Virus record (IMG/VR): IMGVR_UViG_3300020045_001886
Coordinates: 1-44,797 of that record
DNA length: 44,797 nucleotides
Origin: a virus
Taxonomy: Duplodnaviria; Caudoviricetes
Strand: one strand, 5' to 3'
The translations under genes were made by a program, and so were the position numbers. Under the pieces are notes generated by a model. It saw only the letters and a list, made by a program, of their open reading frames with translations, was not told where the DNA came from and did no database searches. Shown piece after piece: positions 24,153-32,340 of this stretch (positions are counted from its first letter, which is position 1; each line of letters opens with the position of its first letter).

Positions 24153-25238
24153 ATGACAGATACAACCCCACGTAAAGCACAGAAGAAACTACGTTCACTT
24201 GATTTCTCAGGCACTGATAGCCACATGGCTTTAGTCCACAAGGAACAGGGTGGATGCGCTTCTGGTGCGAATTATAAACTTGTGGTCAAGGCCACTTCTA
24301 AGTTCTCTGATGCTTTCGTAACTAAAGCAAGTAAGATTAAAGTAGAGCTAGACATTAACGAGTACCTAGAACGATTCTATCATATCTACGGTGTAGATAA
24401 TGAACTTCTAGCACGCACTCTTGGTTTCACTACTGCAGGTATGGACAAAGCTGCAATGGAAGTAAAAGAACAAGCACTAGAAGATACAGAACCACCTGAG
24501 TATCCAGAGTGGGATTCAGAGCCCGGTGATACTGACTATGAAGCGTATATCAATTCTAAGCTAATGTCTATTTCAGTAATGAAGGCTTTGCATGACGCTG
24601 AGAGTCAAGCTGAAGTCCTAGCTAGTCTGAGCGAAACAGAGTATCTAGTGATGCTGAAAGATCAAGCTATGTTAGAGAAAGCCTTCAAGAAGATTGATGC
24701 AGCTAAATTAAAGAACAAGCCTCTAACCAAGGCAACCAAATCCAAGACTGTAGTAGTCGAAGATACCTCAAATATCGCTAGCGAGGTAAACAAGGGGGTA
24801 TCTATCCCTATCACAAATAAGGAACTAAAAATGACTGTTGAATCAACTGTAGTTGAACAAGAAGTTGAAGTAGTTGCTAAGAGTGCTTTTGTTGAACTTG
24901 AGAAGAGCCTTGGTGCTCAACAGGTTGAACTTCAGAAAGCTCTTGCATCTATTGCTGCTTTTGAATTGAAGGAAAAAGAGCAGATTGCTAAAGCCCGTAA
25001 AGCTCAAGTACTAGATGCTGTTAAAGATGAAGGTAAAGCTCAGGTACTTTTCAAAGCTGTATCAGGCGCTTCAGACGTGGATTTTGCTGCTGTGGTTAAA
25101 GCCCTCGGTGAGATGCACAAGCAAGTCGAGCAGAGTGAACTGTTCATCGAGAAGGGTGCTAGCGTTGAGACTGAGGCTCAAGTTGAAGTATCTCCATTGG
25201 AACGTATGCTTAAAGCTAAGTTCGCTCCAGCTAAGTAA
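24153..25238 (+). CDS. head scaffolding/maturation protein
   Basis: HMALVHKEQGG.A.G N-terminus, coiled-coil C-half; lies between protease and decoration genes. Confidence 0.8.
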   Translation: MTDTTPRKAQKKLRSLDFSGTDSHMALVHKEQGGCASGANYKLVVKATSKFSDAFVTKASKIKVELDINEYLERFYHIYGVDNELLARTLGFTTAGMDKAAMEVKEQALEDTEPPEYPEWDSEPGDTDYEAYINSKLMSISVMKALHDAESQAEVLASLSETEYLVMLKDQAMLEKAFKKIDAAKLKNKPLTKATKSKTVVVEDTSNIASEVNKGVSIPITNKELKMTVESTVVEQEVEVVAKSAFVELEKSLGAQQVELQKALASIAAFELKEKEQIAKARKAQVLDAVKDEGKAQVLFKAVSGASDVDFAAVVKALGEMHKQVEQSELFIEKGASVETEAQVEVSPLERMLKAKFAPAK

Positions 25239-25256
25239 TAAATAAAGGAAAATTAA

Positions 25257-25652
25257 ATGACAATTATTGCCACTGATTCTTATCGCCTGTCTAACCTAGT
25301 CAAGCAAGAACTCTTCCCTGAAATCGCATATTGCCGCGAAGTGGGTGTATTTAACGGTCTAGCCGGTGACTTGAAAATCGGTACTGTCTTAGGTAAAGTT
25401 ACTGCTACTGGTAAGTATATCAAGGCTGTTCAAACTGCTGTTGACGGTTCTGCTGTTGCTGCTGGTCTACTCATGCAGGATATTACTGTAGCTGCTACCA
25501 CCGATACCAAAGTCCTGATTATGGTTCGTGGTCCTGCTTCTATTAGTAAGTTCGGTCTTGTGTTCGATGCTACCTACGATCTAGACGCAGAAAAAGCTGT
25601 TGTTTATGCTGCCCTTGAAGCTAAGGGTATTCAAGTTCTTGACGCGGTTTAA
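25257..25652 (+). CDS. head decoration protein
   Basis: GTVLGKVTATGKY...DGS..AAG...VRGP...LEAKGI; immediately before the major capsid gene. Confidence 0.9.
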   Translation: MTIIATDSYRLSNLVKQELFPEIAYCREVGVFNGLAGDLKIGTVLGKVTATGKYIKAVQTAVDGSAVAAGLLMQDITVAATTDTKVLIMVRGPASISKFGLVFDATYDLDAEKAVVYAALEAKGIQVLDAV

Positions 25653-25689
25653 TCCACGTAGACTCATTAATTAAAATAAGGATTAAATC

Positions 25690-26715
25690 ATGCCCATTAT
25701 TCGCAGTTATGCAAACGCATTTGAAGTAGTTGACTATACACAGGAACTAGCTATTATCCCTAATAGTTTTACGTTGCTGAACGATGTAGGTCTATTCTCC
25801 GAAGAGTTTCTTTCTACCCCTACTGTTACGTTTGAAGAAACCAATAGTACCCTTGGTTTGATTACTGATCAATTCCGTGGTGCTAAACCTTCAGCTAATA
25901 AGGACGACATCCGTAAGATTCATTCTTACTCTATCCCTCACTTCCCGATGACTGACCTCGTGCTTCCACAAGATATTCAGTCAAAGAAAGCCTATGGTTC
26001 TGCCTCTGTTGCTGAAACTGAAGCTGCTGTTCTTGCACGCAAGATGGAGCGTATCCGTCGTAATTATGACATCACTATGGAAGTCTCTCGTTTTGCTACG
26101 TTGACTACTGGTAATGCTTATGCACCTAACGGTACAATCTCAGGTAACTTCTTCACACAGACTGGTATCACTCAAACTGTTGTTGATTTCGTGTTGGCAA
26201 CTGCTACTACTGATATTATCGGTAAATGTGAAACTGTTCTTGCTGCTATGCAAGATAATGCAAATACTGGTGATGTTATTTCCGGTGTTGTTGCTTATTG
26301 CAGCCCTGAATTTTTTAGCAAGTTAATCTCTCACGCTAAAGTGCAAGATGCTTATCGTTACTACTCCGCTACTTCTGGTCAAGAAATTCTCCGTAATCGC
26401 GCAGGTGGCGGTGGTGGGTTATACAGAGAGTTTAGCATGGGAAATATCCGCTTCGTAGAAAATCGGGGCATCCTTGCTGGCACCCGTATGATTCCTGCTA
26501 ACGAGGCAGTATTTGTGCCTGTTGGAACTATGGACTCCTTCGTTACATATTTTTCACCGGCTAACAAGTTGGACTTTGTTAATACTATGGCAGAACGTGC
26601 ATATATGTTCACCTTCCGTAGCCCTAAAGGTGAATCAATCGAGATTGATTGCGAATCAAATTGGTTGAATACTCTTCGCCGCCCAGCTCTAGTTATCAAA
26701 GGTACAACAACCTAA
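25690..26715 (+). CDS. major capsid protein (lambda gpE-like family)
   Basis: 341 aa; IPHFP..D.V.PQDIQ, F.TYFSPAN and ESNWL...RRP. Confidence 0.93.
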   Translation: MPIIRSYANAFEVVDYTQELAIIPNSFTLLNDVGLFSEEFLSTPTVTFEETNSTLGLITDQFRGAKPSANKDDIRKIHSYSIPHFPMTDLVLPQDIQSKKAYGSASVAETEAAVLARKMERIRRNYDITMEVSRFATLTTGNAYAPNGTISGNFFTQTGITQTVVDFVLATATTDIIGKCETVLAAMQDNANTGDVISGVVAYCSPEFFSKLISHAKVQDAYRYYSATSGQEILRNRAGGGGGLYREFSMGNIRFVENRGILAGTRMIPANEAVFVPVGTMDSFVTYFSPANKLDFVNTMAERAYMFTFRSPKGESIEIDCESNWLNTLRRPALVIKGTTT

Positions 26716-26723
26716 AGTAACTT

Positions 26724-26743
26724 AACCTCTTAATTGAGGTTTT
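26724..26743 (+). terminator. rho-independent terminator after the major capsid gene
   Basis: AACCTC-TTAATT-GAGGTT plus TT. Confidence 0.6.
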
Positions 26744-26904
26744 CTACTGCAAAGTATTCTCACAAGGAGTACTTTGTGTTAGAATACAATTTAACTTGCA
26801 GTCAGGTTGCAGCCTGATATTACATCCCAAACGAATCCTGCAAGGTTCTTCTGCTTTGTTGAGCAGATAGGGATACCTACAAACCTTAACAACAAAAGGT
26901 ACAA

Positions 26905-28170
26905 ATGATTACTGGTGAACTGCTAGACTACTACAATACTCAAAGAAAATGTAAAATAACTGAACACTCAAAGGCTAAGATTACTAAAGCATTAACTGCT
27001 AGAAATCTTAACGTGAAGGTTGAGTGGGATTTTGCAATTCTTGTAAAACAAAATAAGCGCGTAATTGTTACATGCCTCAACGATGGGGATCAAGTATATA
27101 GGTCAGCTAGTGATCTAGCAGAAGGCCTATATGAGTGTAAACTGTGCGTATTAAATAGTTGGAAGACTATTGCCAAATCCAAAAATTATACGCTGATAGA
27201 TCGCTCTGGTAAATTAGATGTTCTTCTCAGATGTGATAAATGTAGTGCAGACTCTGTTAGACCTGTAACTAACCTACTTGGAAAGAATAATATAAACTGT
27301 GTATCTTGCCAAGCAGCTAGGTATAAGTGCGAAGTAGAGTCTTGTAACATGGAGTACTTATCATATACAGGATCATCCGCTAACCTGCGTATACTAGTAC
27401 GCTGCAATGTCTGTAAAAATACACATACCGTAAACAATTCAAGTGTATATTCACTACAGAATAACAATTGCCCTGTTTGCAAAGTAGATAAGGTAATTAA
27501 AAATGCAGCACTAAAAGGCTGGAAGTATGAAGGGTTATCTGGAACACTCTGTAGACTGTCTTGCATTACTTGCGGAAGTAAAAGAGAATGCACAACAAAT
27601 ATTGTCAATATGAAAAGTGGAATTCTTTGCCATGCCTGCAGATTAACAAGGTACAAAGAGCTTTGTAGGGATAAAAACTGTGAGTATATTAAAACAAATG
27701 TTGAGAAGGATGGGAAGACTTCTGTATCGTTCCTAACTCCAGCCGGTGAGGTTATGTCTACTACATTATCTAGTCTTACGAATGGGAGGTTTGCAACGTC
27801 TGATGATAATCACTGGAATATGCCATATCAGTTATACGTCATCATAACTCAAGTAGGTTCAATCCTGTACCATAAAATAGGTTTGGCTCAGTATGCTAAA
27901 TTACGGGCTAAAACACTGAAAATAACCGGGATATACACTGTAGAAGTACTTCATACATTTCCTGATAGGTGGCTGGCTTTTGAGGCTGAACAGTATCTTC
28001 ATTGTACTTTTAAAAGTAACTCTATAAGTAGAGAAGAAGCTTCGACTTTTACATCTAATGTTATTCTAGGAAGAACTTCTGAATTGTCTGATGGAAGCAC
28101 AGAGTGGTTTAAAGGTGTAGATATTATAAAAATTAAACAAGAATTTAAGGATAAATATGGCTTTAACTGA
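26905..28170 (+). CDS. second free-standing putative homing endonuclease (CxxC repeats plus T5orf172/MUG113-like domain)
   Basis: Multiple CxxC; LYVII...HKIGLA...R...EQYLH...GSTEWF; AT-rich; overlaps the next gene's start. Confidence 0.75.
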   Translation: MITGELLDYYNTQRKCKITEHSKAKITKALTARNLNVKVEWDFAILVKQNKRVIVTCLNDGDQVYRSASDLAEGLYECKLCVLNSWKTIAKSKNYTLIDRSGKLDVLLRCDKCSADSVRPVTNLLGKNNINCVSCQAARYKCEVESCNMEYLSYTGSSANLRILVRCNVCKNTHTVNNSSVYSLQNNNCPVCKVDKVIKNAALKGWKYEGLSGTLCRLSCITCGSKRECTTNIVNMKSGILCHACRLTRYKELCRDKNCEYIKTNVEKDGKTSVSFLTPAGEVMSTTLSSLTNGRFATSDDNHWNMPYQLYVIITQVGSILYHKIGLAQYAKLRAKTLKITGIYTVEVLHTFPDRWLAFEAEQYLHCTFKSNSISREEASTFTSNVILGRTSELSDGSTEWFKGVDIIKIKQEFKDKYGFN

Positions 28171-28582
28171 CGTACAAAAGATTAGAATTGCTGTAGCTGA
28201 TATGGACGTAGCCATTCCTTTTCTTGACGACTCCACATATCTCTATTTTCTTGAGAAAAATGATAATTCACTAAACCGTGCGTCTCTTGATGCTGCTAGA
28301 ACTATTCTACTGATGCTCGCACAAAGAACATCCTCAACTGTAGATGTTCTTTCATTCTCTGGTCAAGCCAAAGCTGCGGAGCAATACAGACTAGCCCTGC
28401 AGATGTTCCTACGCGACCCCAGCATGAATCCAGTGCTGACTAACTGCCAAGGTTACGCAGGTGGTATCAGCATTTCAGACATGCAAGCTAACGTAGATAA
28501 CACCGACAACAATTACGCCCGTGTACCTGACGATATTCCAGTACAACCCCTCGTGTACCCAAGTGATTACTTCCGTATCTAA
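28157..28582 (+). CDS. head-tail connector (adaptor) protein
   Basis: IRIAVAD....FLDD..Y.YFL...YAGGIS pattern; synteny. Confidence 0.75.
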   Translation: MALTDVQKIRIAVADMDVAIPFLDDSTYLYFLEKNDNSLNRASLDAARTILLMLAQRTSSTVDVLSFSGQAKAAEQYRLALQMFLRDPSMNPVLTNCQGYAGGISISDMQANVDNTDNNYARVPDDIPVQPLVYPSDYFRI

Positions 28583-28585
28583 TCT

Positions 28586-28951
28586 ATGAGTATCCACCTA
28601 GAATTCATCCGGTCAGCTAAACAACTGATCTATCCGAACGGTGTAAGCATCGTGTATTCTGCAGTTACTACTGGTGCGTATAACGTAGAGACTGGTACTG
28701 CAGCTAACACCACTGTTGATACAACTCTCGTAGCATTCCCTAAAGTAGTTAAAGTATCCCAATGGAACTATCCTAATCTAGTGAATAAAACAGTAGAGGA
28801 GTTCTTGATCGTAGGTACTGACCTAGCTACTACACCTAAACCCCAAGATAAGATCACGAGAGATTCTGTCGTATATACCGTGGATTCAATCCGTGAACAC
28901 GTAGCGGGTGGTGAAGTAGTAATATATAAGGTGCTTGCATATAAAGGCTAG
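28586..28951 (+). CDS. head closure/stopper protein
   Basis: G.YNVETG...PKPQDKI....YTV pattern; synteny. Confidence 0.7.
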   Translation: MSIHLEFIRSAKQLIYPNGVSIVYSAVTTGAYNVETGTAANTTVDTTLVAFPKVVKVSQWNYPNLVNKTVEEFLIVGTDLATTPKPQDKITRDSVVYTVDSIREHVAGGEVVIYKVLAYKG

Positions 28952-28998
28952 ATTGTAAATCTGGACTAATGAGGTTAAATAGCCAGAAGGAGTTAGTA

Positions 28999-29475
28999 AT
29001 GCTTGAATTCGATACTACTGCACTTCTAGCTAGTCTAACCAAAGCACATGAAGATGCTATCAAGCGTCTAGAGCAGATGGTACGTGGATTCGCTTACGAG
29101 TTCAGTCTACGTGCTATCGAGAATACACCTCTGGGTGATGCTGGTAAGTACTGGGAATACTACAGTGCTAGAACTGATCTTCCACAAGAGGAGGGACTAG
29201 CAAGAGGCAACTGGCAGTTCAGTACTGACAGCTCATTTGCTCTACAACTAATCTCTGGACAGGATTCTGGTACTGTAGCTTCGGATAATATCAAGAGAAC
29301 AAGCCAAGCATATACCTTAGGTTCTACATTCTATATTGGGAACTCCACACCTTATATTGATGACCTAGAAGCTAATTCTAGCTATCAGACTAATCGTGCA
29401 GGTATTATGGCACCAACTGTAGATGACATAACTGGTGCTTACTCTGTGGACTTTCAGATGCACTACAACAAATAG
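28999..29475 (+). CDS. neck/tail completion protein (HK97 gp10-like)
   Basis: TPLG...GLARGNWQ...YIGNSTPYI..LE...S.Q...G; AAGGAG SD before ATG 28999. Confidence 0.8.
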   Translation: MLEFDTTALLASLTKAHEDAIKRLEQMVRGFAYEFSLRAIENTPLGDAGKYWEYYSARTDLPQEEGLARGNWQFSTDSSFALQLISGQDSGTVASDNIKRTSQAYTLGSTFYIGNSTPYIDDLEANSSYQTNRAGIMAPTVDDITGAYSVDFQMHYNK

Positions 29476-29499
29476 ACCGTAGATTAAACAGAGGTATAA

Positions 29500-29907
29500 A
29501 TGTCCCCAATCCTAGCAGCTAAACGAGCAGCAGAACGAAAGCTCAGTACGTTATCTCCTGCTCTACCAACAGCATATGAGGGCGTTAAATTCGTTCCTCC
29601 TGCTGGTATGTACCTCAGGACTCAATTCACGTTACAACGCCCAGATGACCCCACGCTGGGCTCTACGTACTACCGTGAGCGTATGAGCTTTCAGGTGTTC
29701 GTGTGTGATGTACTGAACGTAGGTACTGCTGGTGCGTATGCTAAAGCTGAAGAGGTTCGTGGGTTGTTTACCAAGGGTTCTTATATGCTTGAAGACAGTA
29801 AGAATATCTATGTGTTGAATACACCTCAAATAGCTGGCTGTACTGTAGCGGGTGATCGTTTGGTTGTACCTGTGATTATTCAGTTAGTCGTAGAGGTACA
29901 GGGCTAG
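29500..29907 (+). CDS. tail terminator protein
   Basis: AYEGVKF.PP...YLR...FQVFV...GT....AE.VR.LF; precedes the tail tube gene. Confidence 0.8.
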   Translation: MSPILAAKRAAERKLSTLSPALPTAYEGVKFVPPAGMYLRTQFTLQRPDDPTLGSTYYRERMSFQVFVCDVLNVGTAGAYAKAEEVRGLFTKGSYMLEDSKNIYVLNTPQIAGCTVAGDRLVVPVIIQLVVEVQG

Positions 29908-29990
29908 TAAATGAATATGGTTCTTCTTAGCTCCATTGTAAAAGCTAAGATACTTTGCAAAGTAATTTAAATCAATAAGGAAAATATAAT

Positions 29991-31199
29991 ATGGCAATTG
30001 CTACTGGAATTCAAAAACGAATCTATGTGAAAAAAGAAGCTACGTATGGTGTACTGCCCGGTGCTACTGGTGCTAAGGCACTACTCCGAACCACTGCTGA
30101 TTTTAACTTAGAAAAGGAGACGTACCAAAGTGAAACAATTACCGACAGTTTCCAAACACAAGATATGCGCCACGGGGTTCGTAGCGTAACAGGTTCACTT
30201 AACGCTGAGTTCGTGCCGGGTGCCTACAGTGAGTTCTTCGCTGCTGCTCTGGCTAAGGCTTTCGTAGTTGGTTCAACTGCTGCAGCCGTTAACTTAACAG
30301 TAGCAGCTTCTGGTTCACAATATACGCTGACTCGTGCTACTGGTTCATACATCACTGATGGTCTACGTGTTGGTGATGTTATCCGAGTGACTGTAGGTAC
30401 TGGCTTGAATGCTGATGTGCTTAATAAGAATCTATTAGTTACTAGCTTGGTTGCTTTGGTTGCTACAGTCTCAGTGATGAATCTGTCTACAATGACTGGT
30501 TCTACATCTGCTTCAGCTACTATTGTTGTGCAAGGTAAGAAGACGTTTATTCCTTTGGCTGGTCATACTTCTGACTCATTCACGTTCGAGGAATTCTATC
30601 AGAATCTTCCTGTGTCTGATGTGTTCGTAGGTAATAAGATTAATACCATTGGTGTTACAATGCCCGCATCTGGTATGTCTACTTTGACCTTTGGTATCAT
30701 GGGTAAAGACATTGGGCAGACTGGTACTACTCAGTACTTCACTTCCCCTACTGCTGCCAGTACTGCTGGTATCTTAGCGGGTGTGAACGGTCTGGTTGTA
30801 TTCAATGGTTTGCCTGTTGCTTTGATTACAGACGCTTCTATCAATATCAACCGTAATATCACAAATGCTACTGTGCTCGGTTCTAACAGTATTGTAGAAG
30901 CATTTGATGGGCGCTGTAATGTTGACGGTTCATTCAGTATGTACTTCACTGATAACGTAGCACGTAACGCTTTCAAGGATGAGACCGAAGTATCTTTGAT
31001 TTTTGCTTTGACCTCTGGTAGCTCTGCTACTGCTGATTTCGTAAGTATTACAATGGGTCGTTGTAAGCTAGGTAGCTTCTCAAAATCAGACGGTGCTGAC
31101 GCGATTACGGCAAGTTGTGACTTCACTGCCTTGTTACCTATGACTGCAGGTGCGATTGAACAGACTACTATCTCTATTCAGGATTCACTTGCTGTTTAA
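29991..31199 (+). CDS. major tail tube protein
   Basis: KKEATYGV, YQSETI...Q..D.RHG...V.GS and SFTFEE motifs; strong SD and downstream terminator. Confidence 0.9.
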   Translation: MAIATGIQKRIYVKKEATYGVLPGATGAKALLRTTADFNLEKETYQSETITDSFQTQDMRHGVRSVTGSLNAEFVPGAYSEFFAAALAKAFVVGSTAAAVNLTVAASGSQYTLTRATGSYITDGLRVGDVIRVTVGTGLNADVLNKNLLVTSLVALVATVSVMNLSTMTGSTSASATIVVQGKKTFIPLAGHTSDSFTFEEFYQNLPVSDVFVGNKINTIGVTMPASGMSTLTFGIMGKDIGQTGTTQYFTSPTAASTAGILAGVNGLVVFNGLPVALITDASININRNITNATVLGSNSIVEAFDGRCNVDGSFSMYFTDNVARNAFKDETEVSLIFALTSGSSATADFVSITMGRCKLGSFSKSDGADAITASCDFTALLPMTAGAIEQTTISIQDSLAV

Positions 31200-31220
31200 G
31201 TAATAAGTTAACCTACATTA

Positions 31221-31254
31221 ACCCCTAGTTCCTTCTGTGGTTCTAGGGGTTTTT
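31221..31254 (+). terminator. rho-independent terminator
   Basis: ACCCCTAG...CTAGGGGT followed by TTTT. Confidence 0.8.
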
Positions 31255-31311
31255 CTACGTCTGTACTTACCTATACCACAAATACTCCATCCTTGAGTGT
31301 ACGCCCTTGTC

Positions 31312-31340
31312 TTGACAATATAACCCCTGAATGGTAAACT
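31312..31340 (+). promoter_or_regulatory. sigma70-type promoter
   Basis: TTGACA-17 nt-TAAACT with TGn extension. Confidence 0.75.
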
Positions 31341-31406
31341 ACGCTTCAATGAGAGGTATGCCTGAGCTATCTCTATCATTAATCATTAATCTAAAGGAAA
31401 ACATAC

Positions 31407-31838
31407 ATGGCTACTAAAGCACAATCTACTCTATTTGACCTGTCTAAAAACGACCCATCTAAATCCGCTGAGGCCGGTTATGAATTCCAGTTAGTACTTC
31501 CGGGTTCTAGCGAAGCAACTGGTGCTTTCGTTACAGTACGTGGTGAGCATTCACCTGTTGTTAAACAGTACGCAAAGAAGACTTACAACGAGTACCAGAT
31601 GCAAGTGCAAGCAGCTAAACGTAAGGGTAAAGACTACGAGATCAATTTAGAAGACGCAGAGTCTCTTGCCGTTGAATCAGCTACTAACCGTGTAATCTCT
31701 TGGCGTGGTATTGCTAACGAAGGTACTGAGGTTGTATTCTCTAAAGATACCTGCGCTGAAATCCTCAAGCAACACTCGTGGATTCGTGAACAAGTTCTAG
31801 AGGAGAGCCAACAGGCTTTCAACTTTCGACCTAAGTGA
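31407..31838 (+). CDS. tail assembly chaperone (G-like)
   Basis: Between tail tube and tape measure genes; ISWRGI...WIREQV...NF C-terminus. Confidence 0.85.
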   Translation: MATKAQSTLFDLSKNDPSKSAEAGYEFQLVLPGSSEATGAFVTVRGEHSPVVKQYAKKTYNEYQMQVQAAKRKGKDYEINLEDAESLAVESATNRVISWRGIANEGTEVVFSKDTCAEILKQHSWIREQVLEESQQAFNFRPK

Positions 31839-32211
31839 TATTGAGGAGTTATACCTGTATTGTACACAAGAATTCAAGCTCGGTTCAGGCTCAAGTAGTC
31901 TACGTGCTCAACTTGAATCCGTACAGAGACAAACAGGTGTAACACCACCAGAGCTACTTGAGTTAGCTAATCTGCCTAGTTCTATGATTCAAATATGGAG
32001 TAACTTCATTGATCTTCATAATACTAGAACCGCAGGTATGAGTTCAGCTAACCCCATACAGTACTCAGAGATACTCGCGTATTACACTCTGAATAAAGAA
32101 GATCCTGAAGTATGGGAAGTCAGAGCTATAAAAAGACTAGACGGTATTGTGCTGCAGTATTACAGTGAGTTAGCCCAGAAAGAGCAGGCAAAAGCGAAGG
32201 CTAAAAAGTAG
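31825..32211 (+). CDS. tail assembly chaperone extension (T-like), reached by frameshift
   Basis: +1 frame open from 31801; LR.QLESV.RQTG..PPEL...W..F.DL...R...NPI.YSEI.AY pattern begins well before ATG 31984. Confidence 0.75.
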   Translation, partial: FDLSDIEELYLYCTQEFKLGSGSSSLRAQLESVQRQTGVTPPELLELANLPSSMIQIWSNFIDLHNTRTAGMSSANPIQYSEILAYYTLNKEDPEVWEVRAIKRLDGIVLQYYSELAQKEQAKAKAKK

Positions 32212-32231
32212 AACTAGAACATAACTCCATT

Positions 32232-32267
32232 ACCCCTTTGGCTGATAAAGCCCTTGGGGTTTTCTTT
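32232..32267 (+). terminator. putative terminator before the tape measure gene
   Basis: ACCCC...GGCT/AGCC...GGGGT followed by TTTCTTT. Confidence 0.6.
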
Positions 32268-32340
32268 CGTTTGAGCATTAGATATTATAGTGTTTAAACT
32301 AAAGATATAGAAATAGACAGAATCCTTAAAGGAGCAACCA

